Source: Phoronis australis
Lineage: Eukaryota; Animalia; Phoronida
NCBI GenBank assembly: GCA_002633005.1
Contig: NMRA01000573.1
Span: 1 to 64,000 of the forward strand
DNA: 64,000 bases
Direction of reading: 5' to 3'
Of the stretch, positions 52,957 through 64,000 are shown piece by piece; the stretch's first letter is position 1, and each line of letters starts with the position of its first letter. The position numbers and the translations under genes are program-made. The notes beneath the pieces were generated by a model. That model saw only the letters and a list, made by a program, of their open reading frames with translations. It did no database searches and was not told the origin of the DNA.

Positions 52957-53364
52957 TGCCACAAATGGCAGATACACAAGAATACACCTTCAGTCAACTG
53001 GAAGATAGGTCAGGTCAAGCACCTACTCAGGGTAGTCCCCGTCTCGTTCCCACACGGTTATCCAGAGGAAGACTGTGATTTTGACAACTGTTACCTGAAG
53101 AGTAACGGAGAGTTCATTGTGAAGAAGAAGGTGACTTCAGTAGGTGAACAGGAGATTCCAAAGAGATTGGAAGAGGACGACGAGAAAAGAAAATGGCAGA
53201 TGGACATGGGGTCATTAAAGAAGTACAATCGTCAGGTGCTCACAGATTATAACTTGAACGTAGAACATTTCCCTGCTCGGTATTCGTACAAAAATAATCA
53301 AGATGGCAAGGAGTATAGATACAAACATAATATGAATCCCAGGCAGAAGACTAAGCATATCTAG
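52957..53364 (+). CDS. MRPL30: Mitochondrial ribosomal protein L30, last exon
   Basis: Acceptor tttccag. Reads IHKNTPSVNWKIGQVKHLLRVVPVSFPHGYP...NCYLKSNGEFIV, compared with human [31 protein letters not shown]...TCLKSTGELVV. Stop TAG at 53362-53364. Confidence 0.93.
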   Translation, partial: CHKWQIHKNTPSVNWKIGQVKHLLRVVPVSFPHGYPEEDCDFDNCYLKSNGEFIVKKKVTSVGEQEIPKRLEEDDEKRKWQMDMGSLKKYNRQVLTDYNLNVEHFPARYSYKNNQDGKEYRYKHNMNPRQKTKHI

Positions 53365-54483
53365 CAAGGAGTGCCTTGGTCCTGGGTTATGACCAATGTG
53401 CAGAATGATTAGGGACAGGTTTAAAAATATGACGGACAGAGTAATGTCGCTCTATTCCTAACTGATCTCTCTTTGTTCGCAGAGGCATGACCTGTTTGAC
53501 CTAGTTTTCAAAATGTCAGACACTTTGAGCTGAGAATATTGCTCACTCACAGGTATTTGTCCAGTTTGTCTCTCTCCTGATGATGGGTGTTTTGTCTAAA
53601 ACTGCAGTCATATTCACTAATTCCTCTTGAATTGGTAATTGTAAATTTCAATTTTTAAAAATAAAGGCCGACTACATTTGTCAAAATGTTCAAAATTTCA
53701 CCTTAGTTTTGTATTCCAATAACTGTTCAGTATGAACCATGTTATGATCAAGTCAAATTATTCTCAACTTGATTTATCTTTGTTCTGGTAATTGACCTAT
53801 CGCCAGGATTTTGAGTGACGGCTTAACTGACCATTTAGAACTCATCATTCTTGACATACCTTCGTTTCCAAGCCACCATTTTACCCCACAACACGTTGCC
53901 GGGTAAAACGTATTGCTTGTTAGTCGACATTACGCAAGGAGGCAGAGCATGCGATGGGTCAATTAACAAATCAAAACTCCACATGTCCACTATATTATTT
54001 ACTTAACTAAAGAGCATGAGTAGGCATTAGACCGGTGATGGTGATTATCTTTTTATCTGAATTAATAACCCACCCCACAGGAGAAAGCACGGTGACGGCT
54101 GTGAACCACTGTGAGTGAATATCACAGAATTCCATGGTGCCATCAGACACCAATTGGGACTGGGCTATGTGTATTCTTGGAACACAGGCATAACAGGTGC
54201 TGGTTATTCCTTAGGGCTACTCCACAAGATGCATTTCTTGTGATCAACAGCTGGTCATAAAAACAAAGTTTATTAAGTATGTACCATACCAATTGCACAT
54301 TGAAAACCTGGGGTGTTTGAAGTTAAGTGATGTCATGTTATGGTAAAGCCAAGAACTAGTTTTGCAACTAAATTCGCTACTTTACTGCCACACACAAAAA
54401 ATGGCCGCCATCGAAAACTAGCTCAAGGCATGTACAATGCGTGAAAATAGTACATAAACACCAAGCATGTGTTCAATTTGTAG

Positions 54484-55531
54484 TTATGCGCCCACATATT
54501 TATATGTGGACGCATTATGCCGTCATCTCCGTCCGTCCTGGCGGCGTCCGTCCGGCGTCCGCTGCTTTATCTCCAAAACCCTTTGACATACGTTCATGAA
54601 ATTGGGCACATATGTTCCATTCATGAATGGGACGGCATGTGCGAACTTTCGGACGAATCCGACTACCGGTGTGCCCCCTAATGGCAATTTTAGTTTTTTA
54701 CGCTTACCTTTGTATCTTCAAAAGTCCTGAATGGATTTTCATGAAATTTGGTATGTAGGCACCTATTAGTGAGATGACACTATCCTTCCGTTTTCAGATG
54801 GATTCGACATAGTTTGCGCCACCTAGTGGCCATTTTTTACTGTTTTCGAGTCTGTATTTTTGCGTCCACCCCTCTATCAACCAAACCGCTATAAGTATGA
54901 TTGTGAAAATTGGCATGTATGTTCTTACTATGAAGAGGACGGTTGACGCTGAAGTTCCCATGACTTTGATTACTGTGGCACCTCCTAGTGGCAGTTTTTT
55001 TTGCACCCATGGCTGTATCTCCCAAACCGTTTGCAGGATCTTTACTAAATTTAGCTAGTGTATTTATGTGATGTTGAAAACGGACGATGACGACTTTAGG
55101 ATGATTCTGACTACCGGTATGCCTTTAGTGGCAATTTTAGTATTTTACATTGACCTCTGTATTTTCATAGGTCTTCAGGTGTATACTTTGTGTTACTTCG
55201 TGACTATGAAGGAAAAGTTCCAAGTAGAAATTTGTTTCTGGTATTCTAATGCTGTGCTAATCTCGTATGTTGGTAAATTTGTTTTTAATTCTATGTTTCT
55301 GTGGTGCTTTAAGCAACTGATGTATAGGATGTGCTTGTATTATGAAGATCACTCACATTTTGCCCCTAGCCTATTGAGGAGACAGTGACCATGCCTTTCC
55401 ATTTTGCAAAGTACAACATACTACATATATGCCCTCTACTGGCCACTTTATGGTACCAATAAACAACCCTAGAAGGATACCGTATACGGTGCAATTGTGG
55501 GCGCATTTCAACGCTCTGCGTTGCTCTTGTT
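54484..55531 (+). mobile_element. Helentron/HINE copy with one ~451-bp unit, inverted relative to the 22324 copy
   Basis: TTATGCGCCCACATATTTATATGTGGACGCA...(CCGT)n...TGTGGGCGCATTTCAACGCTCTGCGTTGCTCTTGTT. Highly similar to 22324-23857: ORF 55068 and ORF 22467 translate almost identically. Confidence 0.9.
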
Positions 55532-57772
55532 AGAGTACTTCCAAACATATTGATTTTTCTCAGTCAATTTAGAAAACTCAAGAGTACTTAAAGTGGCTAT
55601 AAACTTGCCTTCTTTCCAAGAAGCATACTTGTGATTTAGATTACTTACTAGAGAACAAATTGGTCACCACTTGTTACTTAAGAAAATGAGAAGTGTATTT
55701 TTTGGGTTTCCAAAGAACTGGCAGTTTGTTATTTGCCTAAAATGACACACAGCGACGAGCCAACTTGCAGGCCTTATCTTGAAAAATAATGCACCTTCAG
55801 TTCTTGGAAAGTCCTGATACTAGTTTCAGAGTGGTGAGTGGTCTACAACAAGTTATTTCTTGTTCAGACTGATTTGTTCAATTGCAACTTTTAATGTGAA
55901 CAACAGTACAAACAGTAGATTTCAAAAAAAAGTTTGGTGGAAAACCAGACAAATACATGTACACGTCGACAAAACATTAAAATTTTTGCTTCGAAAATTT
56001 GCGAAGAAATACTGTCTATTTGTTTTTTAATACAACTATTAATTCAGTTTGGCTGAAGCAAAGTACAGCATGATATTTAAACTTCATTAGAACATCAAAA
56101 TTTTATTTGAACAAAATATATTCTTATTACTTGCATCAACATATTACCTAGAGTCTAAAGTACAACATATTGACGAAAACATTCACTAGTAAAATCTGGA
56201 AGGAGACTTGAATATGAAAATGGTAAAAACACTATCACGATAATGCAGAAAATGCAACTTTAATATAATATTAAGACATGAAGCATACACAGTGACATTA
56301 CAACATAAAATATAATATTTGATCTTTTACATTCATGCAGCGCTTGGTTATGATGTTATTAAACCACTACAGACAACAGTGAATGTACATGGCTAGCTCT
56401 GTCCTGTTTGAGGCAAATCCAGCCTCGGGACCAATTTACAGATATCGGGGGGGGGGGTTTAGAGCATACTTTGCATTTCCTCCATTGCAGAAATGCAAAA
56501 GGGACTCGGCAGGAGGCTTTAAAACACCCCCACGTACCCCTGCCTATTAATTTACATAAAACCCAATTGTAATCACATTGATCCAATCGACATATTAACA
56601 GAACTAATTAGAAACTCTGGCTTGACAAAGACAATAGTATAATTTCCAAAAGAAATGCTAAAACACTATTAAAATTAGGCATTACAAATTAGACTTAAAC
56701 TAACAAAAACACTATGCCAGAACTATCTCGTACCCCACCTCCATCACATGCTGTAAAATATCTTGTGAATAATACTGACATACTTGGACGACAAAATAAC
56801 ATTGACATGAACACTCAACAGTCAGGTTGAGAGCAGGCGACAAAACTCGACACTACAGGTAAATTTGTTTTGATGTGTTTATGTACAATAAGATTGCATA
56901 TTCAAGTATCCACGAACACCATTGGCTAGGTTCAGACATGTGATCAGTTATTGCAAATCCTCTTCATCTACAATGACACCACCAAAGCAGAATCGCTGTT
57001 AGTAGAAAAACCAACAAAATAGAAGACAACCAAAGAGAGATTTACAAACAACGGCAGATCATTTGCAGTTCGATTGGCTACTTTCTATGGTTAGTCATAC
57101 TTAATTCTTACAACTCAAGTGGCTAATTAACTTATTGTCTGACATGCGATTACTGATGTCTTTGATACAAAAAATGGAGCTCACAGTCATGTTATTTACA
57201 ACAGGTAAATGTTTGCCATGTTTAAAGCAGAAATGTCTCATAGTTTTGACAACAGGTGGTGTGTGAGGGTAGATTAATTGTCAACAATGCTACCGAATCA
57301 ATGCAATTTAACAAATCAATCGGTGATGTTCAAAAAAGAAGTATGTAATATTACTTGACACAACTATTAGAAAAAAGTTGTCAGAATTTAAAATTTTAAT
57401 CTCACTGTTTTTGTCCTAATGTTTTAACTCATTGTCAAGACACTGGTCTTTATGAAAAAAGTGTAACAGAATGTGTAAAAGTTTTCATTTTAATAATCTC
57501 CATCATTCTGTACAGAACCAAAATTAATTAAAAATACTTTGCACTAAATAAAACTATATCACATTGAGAAGGGCAAGATAAAGATAATACAAGATTCATG
57601 TCCTCATTTCATAATAAGTTACCATGGTAACCATCCTTGTAACACATGACATAAAACATTTCAATGTTACTGAAGACCAAGTATACTAAAGTTAATTCAA
57701 TTAGCAGAAAATTTCATTTTTAGAATAATATCTAGCACTGTATCTTAGAGTAAAACAAATATATTTGGTAAA

Positions 57773-58685
57773 AACAAGAGCAATGCAGAGCATCGATAGG
57801 CGTCCATCGTCTGAATCGCATATAATGCAGAAACAAAGGATGACTATACACAGTGCCTGTAAATGTAGCAATGCTACTTAATTCAATAATAGCTTCTAGA
57901 GAGTGGAAACAAGTCAGAAATGTCCTCAGCAGCAACACACTTGCCACAATCCAACATGATTAGTCAAGGACTTTGGAGGAAAGGGAGGCAGACAACAGAC
58001 ACAAAAATAAAATATAGGTTAAATCAATCTGAAACAGGATTGGTGCTACTTGCTATGTGATAGTAATTAATTAGCCAAATGAACTTGGTAGATAACAAGG
58101 CCAGCATATTTAAAACAAAATTGCTGTTATGGTATTCTGCAGTAGTTGGCTTTGTCCCAAAATCCACATCATTTGTACTCTCCTCAACAGAAATACCATG
58201 ATCCACCAAGAAATCTGGTAGATGTCGAGTCCAGGCAAAAAATAAAATTACCACTAGAGGGCGCCACAGCAATCAAACCCAAAATCATCCTCAGCCATAC
58301 ACTTCTTAGTAGGAACACATGACAATTTTCAAATTGAGAGATTTGGCCGATAGAGAGGCGGATGCAAAAAACCACACTAGAAAACAATAAAAAACCATTA
58401 GGTGGCGCAGAACATATCAAATCAACCTGGACATGGAAAGCCATACTCGCCTCCATAATAGATGCTTGTTAGCCAAATTTTATAAAAATGCATCAACATG
58501 CAAACATTAAAAAATAATTTGCCACTAGGGAACAACACAGGGCTTGTGCTGTCCCATCCATGTTAGGAACGTGTCTGCTTGATTTCATGAGCATCCATCT
58601 AAGTTTTGGAGACTAAGTAGTGGATGCCAGCCTGATGGAGATGACAGCAAAATGCACTCATAAACACATACATATGGATGCATAA
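57773..58685 (-). mobile_element. Old, diverged HINE-family copy downstream of the RSF1 stop (probable 3' UTR)
   Basis: Terminus aacaagagcaatgcagagcatcg. ccactag subunits at ~58251 and 58522. Degenerate end catatggatgcataa. Confidence 0.6.
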
Positions 58686-59029
58686 TACAGAGACCCACCA
58701 AAATGCAAAATCAAATTTGTGAACTGCTCTTGACTGTAACTAGCTTGTTCACATACATGTATAAGCTCTTAAACTACACGTTGTTATAATCGCCCTTTAG
58801 CACAACAACTAAAGTATGTACAATTCACAATTACAAAGTTTCCATTTTTAACAATAAAATGCCTAAATTTTTTACCTTAAAGGAAAGATGTGGAAAACTA
58901 AATTGTAAAAATCAAACATGATTAAAAACGGTAAAGCACCAAATACAAAAATGACTTAATGGAAGAAACTAAGACAACAGCAACACCCATGTTATACAAA
59001 TATTAAGAATGCAGAAGTTGTCCAACTGC

Positions 59030-59826
59030 TTATCTGTCATCCTCAGTTACATAAGATATAAGGTCAGTCACACCCTCCAAGTCAAGGTCGTCATCATTAT
59101 CCAACACTGCTGATTTCGCCGCCTTCGTTGTGTCCCGCAGCAAATTGTCAATCATAAAACTGTCAGTTGGTTTTTGTTCCATTTCTGAGTATTCAGCCTC
59201 GCCCATCGCTCCGTTACTTCCTGCACTGTGCACTGAATCACCCTTCACCTCAATGACCCCGTTTTCTGGCACACACTTTTCTATTTCTCCCAAAGTGCTC
59301 TCATCGTCTGCTTCTTCTCCCTTCTCTCCACCATTGTCTTCTTCTTCATCGTCAGAGTTCAAGAGATTTTTAAAATTAGTAACACGTTTTGATGATCTCT
59401 GTGATTTCCTGATTGGAACAGGCCCACTCACATCACTGTCATCCTCACTTTTGTCATTGCCATCATCACAGTTGTCATCGTCGTCATCACTAGAACTGTC
59501 GTCACTAACACGCTTTTTCGTTTTCTTCCTGGAATGTGATTTAACATCTACAGCCGAGTCATCACTGTCCGATTCTATAACTCGTTTCCGCTTGCTCTGA
59601 GCTTTGCGACCCGTCTTTAATTTCTTTTTTGTTTTGTTGTTCCATTTGTTCTTAATTCTATAGTCCGACCCTTCTGAGCTCACGTCAGACTCCTCTGATT
59701 CATCGGGGGTAGACTCAATCTCTTCATCGCTGGAGATTACATTCTTGGTGGCCCTCTTCTGCCGTGCCTGTACCCTGCTAGAGCGTCGCTTACCCCTGTC
59801 TTCTTCACTGTCATACTCGTCGACCA
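59030..59826 (-). CDS. RSF1: Remodeling and spacing factor 1, last coding exon (acidic/basic tail)
   Basis: 265-aa open frame, rich in D/E/S/K, ending ...VTDLISYVTEDDR*. The phase-1 acceptor at 59827-59828 fits the previous exon. Confidence 0.85.
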
Positions 59827-60458
59827 CTAGAGGGAGATAAGGTTTTGCAGCATCAAACTGATATTTCTAGTCCATAATTTAGACAGAGTTAAAGGAAAAG
59901 CACACTCAGACGTCACATGACTGATCATGTGACACATACCTAGCAAATAGTCAGTTGTTTTCTTAGAAGAATTCAAGCCATGAAATGGATACAGACCTAC
60001 GATCAGGGAAGATCTCAAAGAAGGCACTTATTGCTACCACTAGAAGCTTAATTATCTCAATTACAAAGTTTTGAACTTCAAATTTCGCTTACTTTTGATC
60101 TAAATATTCAATGGAAAGTTATGTGAACAAGATGTAACTACCTACTGCCAAGTCAGCTGTGATTTAACAGTGAACTGGCATAATTGTACAATTCAATCAA
60201 GTCATACTGTTAAGATAACGGTTTTTATGATACGACATTTTGGAGACAAAACTTTTTTTAAGTCCATCAAAATGGTGGATGTTGCACAAAACAAGTATCG
60301 AATACATGGGGTGATGGATTTTACAGGAGTTCTGTTATATTTAATGATGAAAAAGTTACAATGCTTTAACTTATAAACATCTAACTGAGCACATTGCATA
60401 ACAAAAACCTTAAACCAAATAACTTGCAAGGCCCTGCTTACCAGCACAGTTCCCTTAC

Positions 60459-60628
60459 CAAAATCATCCATTCCATAATCCCATCTCTCTCTATATGTCT
60501 TCTTTCTTTTCGGTTTCCGTAACCCCTGGCGACGACCTTTTGACCTTCCCCAGGTAACATCGCCCCAGTCGTCCGATGCTTCAGACTCTTCACTGTAAGA
60601 GCTGTCGACATTTTGCTCTGATGCTGAC
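60459..60628 (-). CDS. RSF1: RSF1 exon
   Basis: Reads SASEQNVDSSYSEESEASDDWGD...GMDDF. AG/GT boundaries with consistent phases (2 to 1). Confidence 0.82.
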
Positions 60629-60915
60629 CTGCAATAATACACGCAGCACTGATTAGCAGGAAACTTATGCGACAAAGAAGTCCTAGAAAAAAAGCAAATT
60701 CAGACTTCTTTTACTGTACGCACCAGCTCCTTCACAGAGCCCATGTAAGCTGTATGAAATTTGGTTTTAAAAATCACCACTGAAATGATTTTGGTGTCTT
60801 GCGTACAGGGAAAAGAATTTTAATTAAGCTAATAAAACTAACAAATGGCAGATGCGTTAACTATACGACATCTTTGAATGAGTCAGACTAGATATCATGT
60901 GTCAATACAACTTAC

Positions 60916-61099
60916 TCGGATGCTTGGTACTCTTCACTTTCGTCACTAGCCTCCGCCTCGTCATCCAGTGCAGTCAGACGACGTGCCTTCTTGCGAACGA
61001 CCGGTTTGTCATCAACCTCGTTCTCTAGACCAATGATGTTTGAGATGTCCTTCCCTGATACCCGTCTCTCTGGCTTAGCAGGCCGTTCATCATGTTCTA
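60916..61099 (-). CDS. RSF1: RSF1 exon
   Basis: GKDISNIIG...RKKARRLTALD...ESEEYQ, compared with human GKDISTIL...RKKRRRLNDLD...ESEDEF. AG/GT boundaries, phases 1 to 2. Confidence 0.9.
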
Positions 61100-61323
61100 C
61101 TGAGAAGAAGATTCAACATAAAAAGATGTTCACATTAGCTGAAATAAAATGAAAAAATGAGTCAAATTATCCTACCCTAACCATAATATATGATCTAAAT
61201 AAACCATGCCACATATCTTTCATATAGTGTTTATCTGCTTAAACATCTTATAACCTTGGGCTCAAATGAATCTAGTTTAACTACAGTTGTTGGTTGTCAT
61301 CGTCGGTAGTTGTTGATGGTACT

Positions 61324-61990
61324 TGTAATGGTGGCAATTGTCTTAGCATACAGACTCAACGTTATCCACACAACAGACTGTTGGTGCCTGTAATGGTGAC
61401 GCCTGGCTTAGCATATAGACTCAACGTTATCCACACAACAGACTGTTGGTGCCTGTAATGGTGGCGCCTGGCTTAGCATATAGACTCAACGTTATCCACA
61501 CAACAGACTCTTGGTGCCTGTAATGGTGGCGCCTGGCTTAGCATATAGACTCAGCGTTACCCACACAACAGACTGTCGGTGATNATCGTCGGTAGTTGTT
61601 GATGGTACTTGTAATGGTGGCGATTGTCTTAGCATACGGACTCAACGTTATCCACACAACAGACTGTTGGTGCCTGTAATGGTGACGCATGGCTTAGCAT
61701 ATAGACTCAACGTTATTCACACAACAGACTGTTGGTGCCTGTAATGGTGGCGCCTGGCTTAGCATATAGACTCAACGTTATCCACACAACAGACTCTTGA
61801 TGCCTGTAATGGTGGCGCCTGGCTTAGCATATAGACTCAACGTTACCCACACAACAGACTGTCGGTGCCTGTAATGGTGGCACCTGACTTAGCATACAGA
61901 CTCAGCGTTACCCACACAACAGACTGTCGGTGATTGTAATGGTGGCGACTGGCTTAGCATACAGACTCAAATTTATCCACACAACAGACT
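61324..61990. repeat. Intronic 65-bp minisatellite (~10 copies, split by a single-N join at 61584)
   Basis: Unit tgtaatggtggcgcctggcttagcatatagactcaacgttatccacacaacagactgttggtgcc, at 61389, 61454 and onward. Confidence 0.95.
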
Positions 61991-62421
61991 ATAGTCTACT
62001 AGAAAAAGTGCATTGATGAAAACTATTGAAGAATATCACCAACATAATAATGTGGAGTACATATAACACTGATTTCATCAAGGTCCCAGTTGCACATACA
62101 TAGAGGATGATTTGTGAGAAACGGGTACACTTCCGCACTGCAAGTTGTGTACGTATTTTACATACCAATATCTCCTCACATGAAACCCATAGGTTTGTGC
62201 TTGGGGACCTCCAAAAACCTGAAGGTGGATTCATACCCCAGTGGGCTTGTGTTACAGTCGTGCATAAGATTTGATGACACATTTACATGTTGTGCTAGAA
62301 CACTTAGAAATGAGGGAGATTCATTTGACAACACTCGAGAGGTAAGAGGGCCCGGATTTATACCCAAGACAATTCTAGACTTAAGTAAGAACAGTTAAAA
62401 CGCCCATCGTGTTACACCTAC

Positions 62422-62611
62422 CTCCTTCTTGCGGATCATCGTCCAGTGCCTCATTAATCAGCTCATCGTATTCCTCAAACTTGTAGCTGATCTGCTTCCG
62501 TTGTCGACACGATCTTTTGACAAACGTGTCGCTCTTGTTCTTCTTCTTCTTCATTGAACGTTCCTGGTCAAAGCTGCCACTGGACTCTGCCTCACTCTCT
62601 GATTGTTTTTC
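62422..62611 (-). CDS. RSF1: RSF1 exon
   Basis: KRSCRQRKQISYKFEEYDELINEALDDD, compared with human RRSTRTRKCISYRFDEFDEAIDEAIEDD. Confidence 0.93.
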
Positions 62612-63278
62612 CTGTGATTTGAAATTGAACAAATATCATTAAAAAATCCAGCATTAGGATTGTATCTCCTAGTTAGGAAACTGAAATGCTTAAAGAGAGA
62701 TCTTCAACACTATTTGATACAAAACTAACACATATTTGTTGCAAATGCTTCAGCTTTTTAGATGCAACAACTTTACATTTCTGAAAGTCTCAATACAGCC
62801 ATGTCCCATCAGCTGTTTTCCACAACAAAGACAAAAAATATTCCATCGGACAATTTACCTCACAAGTTATGGCTAACTGAGACTGGAAGAGAACTACCAT
62901 AATGATATACTAAAGAAAATTGCTGGTTCAGACACTTGACACCAAATACTTACAAGTGTGACTAAGCAGAAATAATTACCAAAAATTATCTTTTTGAAGA
63001 CATGACGACAAAGAAACAAGTAAAATTTTCATCAGGATTTGAAATCAAGAAAGTTTTAATATCATCCAAAGAGAAAACACCCATTGACATGTATTTATTG
63101 AATACCCTTGTTACAACGCCACTGTCCACAGACACAATGATAGTTTTTTTCACAGAATTTAAAACATTTACATTTTGACAACTATTCCATAGCGACTAGA
63201 TCACAACACGTTGTGCACCTTCAACTCTGAAAAGTTGTAATAAAAAATGTTAGAAATAACCCTGACACTTTGACTTAC

Positions 63279-63330
63279 CATTGGCAGGATGTTATTTAAG
63301 CTGATTCCAACAAATGCAAGCCGCTCTTGT
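63279..63330 (-). CDS. RSF1: RSF1 exon
   Basis: QERLAFVGISLNNILP, compared with human KERLVYVGISIENIIP. Canonical splice sites. Confidence 0.92.
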
Positions 63331-63788
63331 CTGAAACAAAATAAAGCACGCATTGAAAAGATCATTTTGAAATACGATTTCAACATTAAATCATTCACAA
63401 CAGCATTTCGTAATTCAAATGTTTAACAAAACATAAGCTAGACTATAAGCATGTGTTTATGACAGATTTAAGAATGAAGTGAAAGAGAATTTTGTGGAAT
63501 GAAAAAACATATTTGAAGAATCAGAGCTGAATAAAGCTGAGCTACCACAAAACAAAAAGTCTGCTTTTTTAAATTTTAAAATTGTTTAAAAACAAAAACC
63601 ATACAACTGAATACACAGATCTTGTCATGACTCTTTTGAGTGGTAACTACAAGAAATACGGAATGGATTTGCCAAATTAAGAAATTGTACTTGATCATGT
63701 TTTATTGTCTTACGTGATGTATTTTTTCGACAAATCATGTTTAGTTATTAAAAGGAACAACCAAATCAACAAATGGAGAAGACATAAC

Positions 63789-63868
63789 CTTTTCATGAGT
63801 CTCTCCCTTTTCTTCGACTGTGCATCCAAGTCCGTCAAAGCCTCTTTCAACCGCTCAATCAACATTTC
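63789..63868 (-). CDS. RSF1: RSF1 exon (coiled coil after the PHD finger); the gene continues beyond the window
   Basis: MLIERLKEALTDLDAQSKKRER, compared with human LLCEKLEEQLQDLDVALKKKER. Phase-2 donor. Confidence 0.9.
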
Positions 63869-64000
63869 CTGTGTGGAAGACAAACTGAACAATAAAACAC
63901 TGTCATACGTTAACAGGGTTAAGACCAATAAGAATTATTTGACCAAATCAAGTACAAATGACCAGTACAGGTTTGAAGTTTTGATTAGCAAACACTTAAA

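Noticed and set aside
59130-59600. 156-aa Ser-rich ORF on the + strand
   Set aside because: Antisense shadow of the acidic RSF1 exon.
61324-61990. Regularly spaced repeats resembling a CRISPR array; most units also contain TTATCCACA (DnaA-box consensus)
   Set aside because: The whole 65-bp unit repeats with no unique spacers, no cas genes are present, and it lies in a spliceosomal intron of RSF1. The DnaA-box match is most likely coincidence amplified by tandem duplication.

Overview
Eukaryotic, AT-rich invertebrate-type genomic DNA from a draft assembly, with one long N gap (16810-17493) and several single-N joins. The organism cannot be identified from the sequence alone. Three spliced protein-coding genes were reconstructed by hand from splice sites, phase continuity and recalled family motifs. 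(1) A complete 5-exon secreted GM2-activator/ML-domain gene (+, 40065-44599) whose last exon adds an in-phase Sushi/CCP domain. (2) Mitochondrial ribosomal protein L30 (+, 46562-53364, 4 exons). (3) The 3' six coding exons of RSF1 (-, 59030-63868). The first ~39 kb has no recognisable intact host gene and is mostly decayed transposons: a DIRS/Ngaro tyrosine-recombinase remnant, a P-like THAP element with TIRs and a 7-bp TSD, Gypsy and LINE fragments, MULE-, Academ- and hAT-like elements, several Helentron/HINE copies with a variable number of ~451-bp internal repeats, and a ~17-kb degenerate macro-repeat that may be a dead tandem gene cluster. A Kolobok deletion derivative sits in MRPL30 intron 2. 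No database searches were run, so all family assignments come from motif recognition.
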